DNA of 64,000 bases from Eledone cirrhosa. Lineage: Eukaryota. The stretch is taken from NCBI GenBank assembly GCA_964016885.1, contig OZ024760.1, positions 29,636,001-29,700,000 of the forward strand. Reading direction: 5' to 3'. The notes below the pieces were generated by a model. It worked only from the letters and a program-made list of their open reading frames with translations, had not been told where the DNA came from and did no database searches. This document shows, piece by piece, positions 47,501 through 62,500 of this stretch; the first letter of the stretch is position 1; each line of letters begins with the position of its first letter. Position numbers and translations under genes: made by a program.

Positions 47501-50500
47501 TAATGTAATATAATGTAACGTAATGTAATGTAATGTAATGTAATGTAATGTAATGTAATGTAATGTAATGTAATGTAATGTAATGTAATGTAATGTAATA
47601 TAAGGTAATGTAATGTAATGTAATGTAATGTAATGTGTAATGTAAAGTAATGTAATGTAATGTGTAATGTAATGTAATGTAATGTAATGTAATGTAATGT
47701 AATGTAATGTAATGTGTAATGTAATGTATTGTAATGTGTAATGTAATGTAATGTAATGTAATGTAATGTAATGTAATGTAATGTAATGTAATGTAATGTA
47801 GTGTGTAATGTAATGTAATGTAATGTAATGTGTAATGTAATGTAATGTAATGTAATGTGTAATGTAATGTAATGTAATGTAATGTGTAATGTAATGTAAT
47901 GTAATGTAATGTAACGTGTAATGCAATGTAATGTAATGTAATGTAATGTGTAATGTAATGTATTGTGTAATGTAATGTAATGTAATGTAATGTGTAATGT
48001 AATGTAATGTAATGTGTAATGTAATGTGTAATGTAATGTGTAATGTGCAATGTAACGTAATGTAATGTAATATAATGTAATGTAATGTAATGTAATGTTT
48101 AATGTAATGTAATGTAATGTAACGTGTAATGTAATGTAATGCAATGTAATGTAATGTAATGTAATATAATGTAATGTGTAAGCTAATGTAATGTAATGTA
48201 ATGTAATGTAATGTAATGTGTAATGTAATGTAATGTAATGTAATGTGTAATGTAATGTAATGTAATGTAATGTAATGTAATGTAATGTAGTGTGTAATGT
48301 AATGTAGGGTAATATAATGTAACGTAATGTAATGTAATATAATGTAATGTAATGTAATGTAATGTAATGTAATGTAATGTAATGTAATGTAATGTGTAAT
48401 TAAATGTAATGTAATGTAATGTAATGTAATGTAGTGTGTAATGTAATGTAATGTAATGTAATGTAATGTGTAATGTAATGTAATGTGTAATATAATATAA
48501 TGTAATGTAGTGTGTAATGTAATGGAATGTAATGTAATGTAATATGTAAGGTAATGTAAGGTAATGTAATGTAATGTAATGTAATGTAATGTAATGTAAT
48601 GTAATGTAATGTAATGTAATGTAATGTAATGCAATGTAATGTAATGTAATGTGTAATGAAATGTAATGTAATGTAATGTGTAATGTAATGTAATGTAATG
48701 TAATGTAATGTAATGTAATGTGTAATGTAATGTAATGTAACGTGTAATGTAATGTAATGTAATGTAACGTAATGTAATGTGTAATGTAATGTAATGTAAT
48801 GTAATGTAATGTAATGTAGTGTGTAATGTAATGTAACATAATGTAATGTAATGTAACATAATGTAATGTAATGTAATGTGTAATATAATGTGTAATGTAA
48901 TGTAATGTAATGTAATGTAATGTAATGTAATATAATATATGTAATGTAATGTAATGTAATGTAATGTGTAATGTAATGTAATGTAATGTAATGTGTAATG
49001 TAATGTAATGTAATGTAATGTAATGTAATGTAATGTAATGTAATGTAATGTAATGTAATGTGTAATTAAATGTAATGTAATGTAATGTAATGTAATGTAA
49101 TGTAGTGTGTAATGTAATGTAATGTAATGTGTAATGTAATGTAATGTGTAATGTAACGTAATGTAATGTAGTGTTTAATGTAATGTAATGTAATGTGTAA
49201 TTTAATGTACTGTAATGTAATGTAATGTAATGTAATGTAATGTAATGTAATGTAATGTAATTTAATGTAATGTAATATAGTGTGTAATGTAATGTAATGT
49301 AATGTAATGTGTAATGTAATGAAATGTGTAATGTAAAGTAATGTAATGTAATGTAATGTAATGTGTAATGTAATGTAATGTAATGTAATGTAATGTGAAA
49401 TGTAATGTAATGTAATGTAATGTAATGTGTAATGTAATGTAATGTGTAATGTAATGTAATGTAATGTGTAATGTAATGTAATGTAATGTAATGTAATGTA
49501 ATGTGTAATGTAATGTAATGTAATGTAATGTAATGTGTAATGTAATGTAATGTAATGTAATGTAATGTAATGTGTAATGTAATGTAATGTAATGTAGTGT
49601 GTAATGTAATGTAATGTAATGTAATATAATGTAATGTTCTGTAACGTGTAATGGAATGTATTGTAATGTAATGTAATGTAATGTAATGTAATGTGTAATG
49701 TAATGTAATGTAATATAATGTAGTGTGTAATGTAATGTAATGTAATGTAGTGTGTAATGTAATGTAATGTAATGTAATGTAATGTAATGTGTAATGTAAT
49801 GTGTAATGTAACGTAATGTAATGTAATGTAATATAATGTGTAATGTAATGTAATGTGTAATGTAATGTAATGTAATGTAATGTAATGTAATTTAATGTAA
49901 TGTAACGTAATACGTAATGTAATGTAATGTAATGTAATGTGCAATGTAATGTAATGTAATGTAATGTAATGTAATGCAATGTGTAATGTAATGTAATGTG
50001 TAATGTAATGTAATGTAATGTAATGTAATGTAATGTGTAATGTAATGTAATGTAATGTAATGTAATGTGTAATGTAATGTAATGTAATGTAATGTAATGT
50101 AATGTAATGTGTAATGTAATGTGTAATGTAATGTAATGTAATATATGTAATGTAATGTAATGTAATGTAATGTGTAATGTAATGTAATGTAATGTGTAAT
50201 GTAATGTAATGTAATGTAATGTAATGTAAGGTAATGTGTAATATAATGTAATGTGTAATGTAATGTAATGTAATGTAATGTGTAATGTAATGTAATCTAA
50301 TGTAGTGTGTAATGTAATGTAATGTAATGTAATGTAATGTAATGTAATGTAATGTGTAATGTAATGTAATGTAATGTAATGTAATGTAATGTAAGGTAAT
50401 GTAATGTAATGTAATGTAATGTGTAATGTAATGTAATGTAATGCAATGTGTAATGTAATGTAATGTAATGAAATGTAATGCAATGTAATGTAATGTGTAA

Positions 50501-53500
50501 TGTAATGTAATGTAATGTGTAATGTAATGTAATGTAATGTGTAATGTAATGTAATGTAATGTAATGTAATGTAATGTGTAATATAATGTAATGTAATGTA
50601 ATGTAACGTGTAATGTAATGTAATGTAATGTAATGTAATGTGTAATGTAATGTAATGTGTAATGTAATGTAATGTAATGTAATGTGTAATGTAATGTGTA
50701 ATGTAATGTAATGTAATGTGTAATGTAATGTAATGTAATGTGTAATGTAATGTGTAATGTAATGTAATGTAATGTAATGTAATGTAATGTAATGTAATGT
50801 AATGTAATGTAACGTAATATAATATAATGTAATGTAATGTAATGTAATGTAGTGTAATGTAATGTGTAATGTAATGTAATGTAATGTAATGTAATGTAAA
50901 ATGTAATGTAAGGTAATGTACTGTAATGTAATGTAATGTAATGTAATGTAATATAATGTAATGTAATGTAATGTGTAATGTAATGTAATGTAATGTAATG
51001 TAATGTAATGTAATGTAATGTAATGTAATGTAATATGTAATTTAATGTAATGTAAAGTAATGTGTAATGTAATATAATGTAATGTAATGTGTAATGTAAT
51101 GTAATGTGTAATATAATGTAATGTAATGAAATGTAATGAAATGTAATGTGTAATGTAATGTAATGTAATGTGTAATGTAATGTAATGTAATGTAATGTAA
51201 TGTAATGTAATGTAAAGTAATGTGTAATGTAATGTAATGTAATGTAATGTAATGTAATGTAATGTGTAATGTAATGTAATGTAATGTAATGTAATGTATA
51301 ATGTAAGGTAATGTAATGAAATGTAATGTGTAATGTAATGAAATGTAATGTGTAATGTAATGTAATGTAATGTAATGTAATGTAATTTAATGTAATGTAA
51401 TGTAATGTGTAATGTAATGTAATGTAATGTAATGTGTAATGTAATGTAATGTGTAATGTAATGTAATGTGTAATGTAATGTAATGTAATATAATGTAATG
51501 TAATGTAATGTAATGTAATGTAATGTAATGTAATGTGTAATGTAATGTAATATAATGTAATGTGTAATGTAATGTAATATAATGTAATGTAACGTAATGT
51601 AATGTAATGTAATGTAATTATATGTAATGTAATGTAATGTAATGTAATGTGTAATGTAATGTAATGTGTAATGTAATATAATGTAATGTAGTGTGTAATG
51701 TAATGTAATGTGTAATTTAATGTACTGTAATGTAATGTGTAATGTAATGTAATGTAATATGTAATGTAATGTAATGTAATGTAATGTAATGTAATGTAAT
51801 GTAATATAGTGTGTAATGTAATGTAATGTAATGTAATGTGTAATGTAATGTAATGTAATGTAATGTGAAATGTAATGTAAAGTAATGTAATGTAATGTAA
51901 TGTGTAATGTAATGTAATGTGTAATGTAATGTAATGTAATGTAATGTAATGTAATGTAATGTGTAATGTAATGTAATGTAATGTGTAATGTAATGTAATG
52001 TAATGTAATGTACTGTAATGTAATGTGTAATGTAATGTAATGTAATGTAGTGTGTAATGTAATGTAATATAATGGAATGTAATGTAATGTACTGTAATGT
52101 GTAATGGAATGTATCGTAATGTAACGTGTAATGTAATGTAATGTAATGTAATGTAATGTAATGTGTAATGTAATGTAATGTAATGTGTAATATAATGTAA
52201 TGTAATGTAGTTTGTAATGTAATGTAATGTAATGTAGTGTGAAATGTAATGTAATGTAATGTAATGTAATGTAATGTGTAATGTAATGTGTAATGTAATG
52301 TAATGTAATCTAATGTAATGTAATGTAATATAATGTGTAATGTAATGTAATGTGTAATGTAATGTAATGTAATGTAATTTAATGTAATGTAATGTAATGT
52401 GTAATGTAATGTAATGTAATGTGTAATGTAATGTAATGTAATGTAATGTAATGTAATGTAATGTAATGTGTAATGTAATGTAATGTAATGTAATGTAATG
52501 TGTAATGTAATGTAATGTAATGTAATGTAACGTGTAATGTAGTGTAATGTAATGTAATGGAATGTAATGTGTAATGTAATGTGTAATGTAATGTAATGTA
52601 ATGTAATGTAATGTAATATATGTAATCTAATGTAATGCAATGTAATGTGTAATGTAATGTAATGTAACCTTGTAATGTAATGTAATGTAATGTAATGTAA
52701 TGTAATGTAATGTGTAATGTAATGTAATGTGTAATGTAAAGTAATGTAATGTAATGTAATGTGTAATGTAATGTAATCTAATGTAGTGTGTAATGTAATG
52801 TAATGTTATGTACTGTGTAATGTAATGTAATGTAATGTGTAATGTAATGTAATGTAATGTAATGTGTAATGTAATGTAATGTAATGTAATGTAATGTAAT
52901 GTAATGTAACGTGCAACGTAATGTAATGTAATGTAATGTGTAATGTAATGTAATGTAATCTAATGTAACGTAATGTAATGTGTAATATAATGTAATGTAA
53001 TGTAATGTAATGTAACGTGTAATGTAATGTAATGTAATGTAATGTAATCTAATGTAACGTAATGTAATGTGTAATATAATGTAATGTAATGTAATGTAAT
53101 GTAACGTGTAATGTAATGTAATGTAATGTAATGTAATGTAATGTGTAATGTAATGTAATGTGTAATGTAATGTAATGTAATGTAATGTGTAATGTAATGT
53201 GTAATGTAATGTAATGTAATGTAATGTGTAATGTAATATAATGTAATGTGTAATGTAATGTGTAATGTAATGTAATGTAATGTAATGTAATGTAATGTAA
53301 TGTAACGTAATGTAACGTAATATAATATAATGTAATGTAATGTAATGTAATGTAGTGTTATGTAATGTGTAATGTAATGTGTAATGTAATGTAATGTAAT
53401 GTAATGTAAAATGTAATGTAATGTAATGTACTGTAATGTAATGTAATGTAATGTAACGTAATATAATGTAATGTAATGTAATGTGTAATGTAATGTAATG

Positions 53501-56500
53501 TGTAATGTAATGTAATGTAATGTAATGTAAAGTAATGTGTAATGTAATGTAATGTAATGTAATGTAATGTAATGTAATGTAATATGTAATTTAATGTAAT
53601 GTAATGTAAAGTAATGTGTAACGTAATATAATGTAATGTAATGTGTAATGTAATGTAATGTGTAATATAATGTAATGTAATGAAATGTAATGTGTAATGT
53701 AATGTAATGTAATGTGTAATGTAATGTAATGTAATGTAATGTAAAGTAATGTGTAATGTAATGTAATGTAATGTAATGTAATGTAATGTGTAATGTAATG
53801 TAATGTAATGTAATGTAATGTAATGTAATGTAATGTATAATGTAAGGTAATGTAATGAAATGTAATGTGTAATGTAATGAAATGTAATGTGTAATGTAAT
53901 GTAATGTAATTATATGTAATGTAATGTAATGTAATGTAATGTGTAATGTAATGTAATGTGTAATGTAATATAATGTAATGTAGTGTGTAATGTAATGTAA
54001 TGTGTAATTTAATGTACTGTAATGTAATGTGTAATGTAATGTAATGTAATATGTAATGTAATGTAATGTAATGTAATGTAATGTAATGTAATGTAATATA
54101 GTGTGTAATGTAATGTAATGTAATGTAATGTGTAATGTAATGTAATGTAATGTAATGTGAAATGTAATGTAAAGTAATGTAATGTAATGTAATGTGTAAT
54201 GTAATGTAATGTGTAATGTAATGTAATGTAATGTAATGTAATGTAATGTAATGTAATGTAATGTGTAATGTAATGTAATGTAATGTGTAATGTAATGTAA
54301 TGTAATGTAATGTACTGTAATGTAATGTGTAATGTAATGTAATGTAATGTAGTGTGTAATGTAATGTAATATAATGGAATGTAATGTAATGTACTGTAAT
54401 GTGTAATGGAATGTATCGTAATGTAACGTGTAATGTAATGTAATGTAATGTAATGTAATGTAATGTGTAATGTAATGTAATGTAATGTGTAATATAATGT
54501 AATGTAATGTAGTTTGTAATGTAATGTAATGTAATGTAGTGTGAAATGTAATGTAATGTAATGTAATGTAATGTAATGTGTAATGTAATGTGTAATGTAA
54601 TGTAATGTAATCTAATGTAATGTAATGTAATATAATGTGTAATGTAATGTAATGTGTAATGTAATGTAATCTAATGTAATTTAATGTAATGTAATGTAAT
54701 GTGTAATGTAATGTAATGTAATGTGTAATGTAATGTAATGTAATGTAATGTAATGTAATGTAATGTAATGTGTAATGTAATGTAATGTAATGTAATGTAA
54801 TGTGTAATGTAATGTAATGTAATGTAATGTAACGTGTAATGTAGTGTAATGTAATGTAATGGAATGTAATGTGTAATGTAATGTGTAATGTAATGTAATG
54901 TAATGTAATGTAATGTAATATATGTAATCTAATGTAATGCAATGTAATGTGTAATGTAATGTAATGTAACCTTGTAATGTAATGTAATGTAATGTAATGT
55001 AATGTAATGTAATGTGTAATGTAATGTAATGTGTAATGTAAAGTAATGTAATGTAATGTAATGTGTAATGTAATGTAATGTAATGTAATGTGTAATGTAA
55101 TGTAATGTAATGTAATGTAATGTAATGTAATGTAACGTGCAACGTAATGTAATGTAATGTAATGTGTAATGTAATGTAATGTAATCTAATGTAACGTAAT
55201 GTAATGTGTAATATAATGTAATGTAATGTAATGTAATGTAACGTGTAATGTAATGTAATGTAATGTAATGTAATCTAATGTAACGTAATGTAATGTGTAA
55301 TATAATGTAATGTAATGTAATGTAATGTAACGTGTAATGTAATGTAATGTAATGTAATGTAATGTAATGTGTAATGTAATGTAATGTGTAATGTAATGTA
55401 ATGTAATGTAATGTGTAATGTAATGTGTAATGTAATGTAATGTAATGTAATGTGTAATGTAATATAATGTAATGTGTAATGTAATGTGTAATGTAATGTA
55501 ATGTAATGTAATGTAATGTAATGTAATGTAACGTAATGTAACGTAATGTAACGTAATATAATATAATGTAATGTAATGTAATGTAATGTAGTGTTATGTA
55601 ATGTGTAATGTAATGTGTAATGTAATGTAATGTAATGTAATGTAAAATGTAATGTAATGTAATGTACTGTAATGTAATGTAATGTAATGTAACGTAATAT
55701 AATGTAATGTAATGTAATGTGTAATGTAATGTAATGTGTAATGTAATCTAATGTAATGTAATGTAAAGTAATGTGTAATGTAATGTAATGTAATGTAATG
55801 TAATGTAATGTAATGTAATATGTAATTTAATGTAATGTAATGTAAAGTAATGTGTAACGTAATATAATGTAATGTAATGTGTAATGTAATGTAATGTGTA
55901 ATATAATGTAATGTAATGAAATGTAATGTGTAATGTAATGTAATGTAATGTGTAATGTAATGTAACGTAATGTAATGTAAAGTAATGTGTAATGTAATGT
56001 AATGTAATGTAATGTAATGTAATGTAATGTAATGTGTAATGTAATGTAATGTAATGTAATGTAATGTAATGTAATGTAATGTATAATGTAAGGTAATGTA
56101 ATGAAATGTAATGTGTAATGTAATGAAATGTAATGTGTAATGTAATGTAATGTAATGTAATGTAATTTAATGTAATGTAATGTAATGTGTAATGTAATGT
56201 AATGTAATGTAATATGTAATGTAATGTAATGTGTAATGTTATGTAATGTGTAATGTAATGTAATGTAATATAATGTAATGTAATGTAATGTAATGTAATG
56301 TAATGTAATGTAATGTGTAATGTAATGTAATATAATGTAATGTGTAATGTAATGTAATATAATGTAATGTAATGTAACGTAATGTAATGTAATGTAATGT
56401 AATGTAATGTAATGTAATGTAATGTGTAATTATATGTAATGTAATGAAATGTAATGTAATGTAATGTAATGTGTAATGTAATGTAATGTGTAATGTAATA

Positions 56501-59500
56501 TAATTGTTTCTACTTTAGGCACAAGGCCAGCAATTACCCAGTGCATTACTGGTACTTTATTTTATCGACCCCGTAAGGATGAAAGGCAAAGTCAAACCTT
56601 GGCGGGATTTGAACTCAGATCGTAAAGGGACGTAACTATGCTGGAAAGCATGGCGTCCGACCCTCTACCGATACTGCCAATCCACCGCCCTTGTGTAATG
56701 TGTAATGTAATATAATGTAATGTAATGTGTAATGTAATATAATGTAATGTAGTGTGTAATGTAATGTAATGTAATATGTAATGTAATGTAATGTAATTTA
56801 ATGTAATGTAATATAGTGTGTAATGTAATGTAATGTAATGTAATGTAATGTGTAATGTAATGTAATGTAATGTGTAATGTAATGTAATGTAATGTAATGT
56901 AATGTAATGTAATGTAATGTAGTGTGTAATGTAATGTAATGTAATGGAATGTAATGTAATGTACTGTAATGTGTAATGGAATGTATCGTAATGTAACGTG
57001 TAATGTAATGTAATGTAATGAGTAATGTAATGTAATGTAATGTGTAATATAATGTAATGTAATGTAGTTTGTAATGTAATGTAATGTAATGTAGTGTGAA
57101 ATGTAATGTAATGTAATGTAATGTAATGTGTAATGTAATGTGTAATGTAATGTAATGTAATCTAATGTAATGTAATGTAATATAATGTGTAATGTAATGT
57201 AATGTGTAATGTAATGTAATGTAATGTAATTTAATGTAATGTAATGTAATGTGTAATGTAATGTAATGTAATGTGTAACGTAATGTAATGTAATGTAATG
57301 TAATGTGCAATGTAATGTAATGTAATGTAATGTAATGTGTAATGTAATGTAATGTAATGTAATGTAACGTGTAATGTAGTGTAATGTAATGTAATGTAAT
57401 GTAATGTAATGTAATGTAATGTGTAATGTAATGTGTAATGTAATGTAATGTAATGTAATGTAATATATGTAATGTAATGTAATGCAATGTAATGTAATGT
57501 AATGTGTAATGTAATGTAATGTAACGTGTAATGTAATGTAATGTAATGTAATGTAATGTAATGTAATGTGTAATGTAATGTAATGTGTAATGTAAAGTAA
57601 TGTAATGTAATGTAGTGTGTAATGTAATGTAATGTTATGTAATGTGTAATGTAATGTAATGTAATGTAATGTGTAATGTAATGTAATGTAATGTAATGTG
57701 TAATGTAATGTAATGTAATGTAATGTAATGTAATGTAATGTAATGTGTAATGTAATGTAATGTGTAATATAATGTAATGTATTGTAATGTAATGTGTAAT
57801 GTAATGTAATGTAATGTAATGAAATGTGTAATGTAATGTGTAATGTAATGTAATGTGTAATGTGTAATGTAATGTAATATAATGTAATGTAATGTAATGT
57901 AATGTAATGTGTAATGTAATGTAATGTAATGTAATGTAATGTAATGTAATGTGTAATGTAATGTAATGTAATGTAATGTAATGTAATGTGTAATGTAATG
58001 TAATGTAATGCTAAGTAATGTGTAATGTAATGTAATGTAATGTAATGTAATGTAATGTAACGTAATGTAACGTGTAATGTAATGTAATGTAATGTGTAAT
58101 GTAATGTAATGTAATGTAATGTAATGTAATGTAATGTAATGTAATGTAATGTAATGTAATGTAATGTAATGTAATGTAATGTAACGTGTAATGTAATGTG
58201 TAATGTAATGTAATGTAATGTAATTTAATGTGTAATGTAACGTAATGTAATGTGTAATGTAATGTAATGTGTAATGTAATGTAATGTAATGTAATGTGTA
58301 ATTATATGTAATGTAATGAAATGTAATGTAATGTAATGTAATGTGTAATGTAATGTAATGTGTAATGTAATATAATGTAATGTAGTGTGTAATGTAATGT
58401 AATGTAATATGTAATGTAATGTAATGTAATGTAATGTAATATAGTGTGTAATGTAATGTAATGTAATGTAATGTGTAATGTAATGTAATGTAATGTAATG
58501 TGAAATGTAATGTAAAGTAATTTAATGTAATGTAATGTGTAATGTAATGTAATGTGTAATGTAATGTAATGTAATGTAATGTAACGTAATGTAATGTAAT
58601 GTGTAATGTAATGTAATGTAACGTGTAATGTAATGTAATGTAATGTAATGTAATGTAATGTTATGTAATGTAATGTAATGTAGTGTGTAATGTAATGTAA
58701 TGTAATGGAATGTAATGTAATGTACTGTAATGTGTAATGGAATGTATCGTAATGTAACGTGTAATGTAATGTAATGTAATGTAATGTGTAATGTAATGTA
58801 ATGTAATGTAATGTGTAATATAATGTAATGTAACGTGTAATGTAATGTAATGTAATGTAATGTAATGTAATGTTATGTAATGTAATGTAATGTAGTGTGT
58901 AATGTAATCTAATGTAATGGAATGTAATGTAATGTACTGTAATGTGTAATGGAATGTATCGTAATGTAACGTGTAATGTAATGTAATGTAATGTAGTTTG
59001 TAATGTAATGTAATGTAATGTAATGTAGTGTGAAATGTAATGTAATGTAATGTAATGTAATGTGTAATGTAATGTGTAATGTAATGTAATGTAATCTAAT
59101 GTAATGTAATGTAATATAATGTGTAATGTAATGTAATGTGTAATGTAATGTAATGTAATGTAATTTAATGTAATTTAATGTAATGTGTAATGTAATGTAA
59201 TGTAATGTGTAACGCAATGTAATGTAATGTAATGTAATGTAATGTAATGTAATGTGTAATGTAATGTAATGTAATGTAATGTAATGTGTAATGTAATGTA
59301 ATGTAATGTAATGTAACGTGTAATGTAGTGTAATGTAATGTAATGTAATGTAATGTAATGTAATGTAATGTGTAATGTAATGTGTAATGTAATGTAATGT
59401 AATGTAATGTAATGTAATATATGTAATGTAATGTAATGCAATGTAATGTAATGTAATGTGTAATGTAATGTAATGTAACGTGTAATGTAATGTAATGTAA

Positions 59501-62500
59501 TGTAATGTAATGTAATGTAATGTAATGTGTAATGTAATGTAATGTGTAATGTAAAGTAATATAATGTAATGTGTAATGTAATGTAATCTAATGTAGTGTG
59601 TAATGTAATGTAATGTTATGTAATGTGTAATGTAATGTAATGTAATGTGTAATGTAATGTAATGTAATGTAATGTGTAATGTAATGTGTAACGTAATGTA
59701 ATGTAATGTAATGTAATGTAATGTAATGTGTAATGTAATGTAATGTAATGTAATGTAATGTGTAATGTAATGTAATGTAATGTAATGTAACGTGTAATGT
59801 AGTGTAATGTAATGTAATGTAATGTAATGTAATGTAATGTGTAATGTAATGTGTAATGTAATGTAATGTAATGTAATGTAATGTAATATATGTAATGTAA
59901 TGTAATGCAATGTAATGTAATGTAATGTGTAATGTAATGTAATGTAACGTGTAATGTAATGTAATGTAATGTAATGTAATGTAATGTAATGTAATGTGTA
60001 ATGTAATGTAATGTGTAATGTAAAGTAATATAATGTAATGTGTAATGTAATGTAATCTAATGTAGTGTGTAATGTAATGTAATGTTATGTAATGTGTAAT
60101 GTAATGTAATGTAATGTGTAATGTAATGTAATGTAATGTAATGTGTAATGTAATGTAATGTAATGTAATGTAATGTAATGTAATGTAATGTGTAATGTAA
60201 TGTAATGTGTAATAATATAATGTAATGTATTGTAATGTAATGTGTAATGTAATGTGTAATGTAATGTAATGTAATGTAATGTAAAATGTAATGTAATGTA
60301 ATGTACTGTAATGTAATGTAATGTAATGTAACGTAATATAATGTAATGTAATGTAATGTGTAATGTAATGTAATGTGTAATGTAATGTAATGTAATGTAA
60401 TGTAAAGTAATGTGTAATGTAATGTAATGTAATGTAATGTAATGTAATGTAATGTAATATGTAATTTAATGTAATGTAATGTAAAGTAATGTGTAACGTA
60501 ATATAATGTAATGTAATGTGTAATGTAATGTAATGTGTAATATAATGTAATGTAATGAAATGTAATGTGTAATGTAATGTAATGTAATGTGTAATGTAAT
60601 GTAACGTAATGTAATGTAAAGTAATGTGTAATGTAATGTAATGTAATGTAATGTAATGTAATGTAATGTAATGTGTAATGTAATGTAATGTAATGTAATG
60701 TAATGTAATGTAATGTATAATGTAAGGTAATGTAATGAAATGTAATGTGTAATGTAATGAAATGTAATGTGTAATGTAATGTAATGTAATGTAATGTAAT
60801 TTAATGTAATGTAATGTAATGTGTAATGTAATGTAATGTAATGTAATATGTAATGTAATGTAATGTGTAATGTTATGTAATGTGTAATGTAATGTAATGT
60901 AATATAATGTAATGTAATGTAATGTAATGTAATGTAATGTAATGCGTAATGTAATGTAATATAATGTAATGTGTAATGTAATGTAATATAATGTAATGTA
61001 ATGTAACGTAATGTAATGTAATGTAATGTAATGTAATGTAATGTAATGTAATGTGTAATTATATGTAATGTAATGAAATGTAATGTAATGTAATGTAATG
61101 TGTAATGTAATGTAATGTGTAATGTAATATAATGTAATGTAGTGTGTAATGTAATGTAATGTAATATGTAATGTAATGTAATGTAATTTAATGTAATGTA
61201 ATATAGTGTGTAATGTAATGTAATGTAATGTAATGTAATGTGTAATGTAATGTAATGTAATGTAATGTGAAATGTAATGTAAAGTAATTTAATGTAATGT
61301 AATGTGTAATGTAATGTAATGTGTAATGTAATGTAATGTAATGTAATGTAATGTGTAATGTAATGTAATGTAATGTGTAATGTAATGTAATGTAATGTAA
61401 TGTAATGTAATGTAATGTAATGTAGTGTGTAATGTAATGTAATGTAATGGAATGTAATGTAATGTACTGTAATGTGTAATGGAATGTATCGTAATGTAAC
61501 GTGTAATGTAATGTAATGTAATGAGTAATGTAATGTAATGTAATGTGTAATATAATGTAATGTAATGTAGTTTGTAATGTAATGTAATGTAATGTAGTGT
61601 GAAATGTAATGTAATGTAATGTAATGTAATGTGTAATGTAATGTGTAATGTAATGTAATGTAATCTAATGTAATGTAATGTAATATAATGTGTAATGTAA
61701 TGTAATGTGTAATGTAATGTAATGTAATGTAATTTAATGTAATGTAATGTAATGTGTAATGTAATGTAATGTAATGTGTAACGTAATGTAATGTAATGTA
61801 ATGTAATGTGCAATGTAATGTAATGTAATGTAATGTAATGTGTAATGTAATGTAATGTAATGTAATGTAACGTGTAATGTAGTGTAATGTAATGTAATGT
61901 AATGTAATGTAATGTAATGTAATGTGTAATGTAATGTGTAATGTAATGTAATGTAATGTAATGTAATATATGTAATGTAATGTAATGCAATGTAATGTAA
62001 TGTAATGTGTAATGTAATGTAATGTAACGTGTAATGTAATGTAATGTAATGTAATGTAATGTAATGTAATGTGTAATGTAATGTAATGTGTAATGTAAAG
62101 TAATGTAATGTAATGTAGTGTGTAATGTAATGTAATGTTATGTAATGTGTAATGTAATGTAATGTAATGTAATGTGTAATGTAATGTAATGTAATGTAAT
62201 GTGTAATGTAATGTAATGTAATGTAATGTAATGTAATGTAATGTAATGTGTAATGTAATGTAATGTGTAATATAATGTAATGTATTGTAATGTAATGTGT
62301 AATGTAATGTAATGTAATGTAATGAAATGTGTAATGTAATGTGTAATGTAATGTAATGTGTAATGTGTAATGTAATGTAATATAATGTAATGTAATGTAA
62401 TGTAATGTAATGTGTAATGTAATGTAATGTAATGTAATGTAATGTAATGTAATGTGTAATGTAATGTAATGTAATGTAATGTAATGTAATGTGTAATGTA

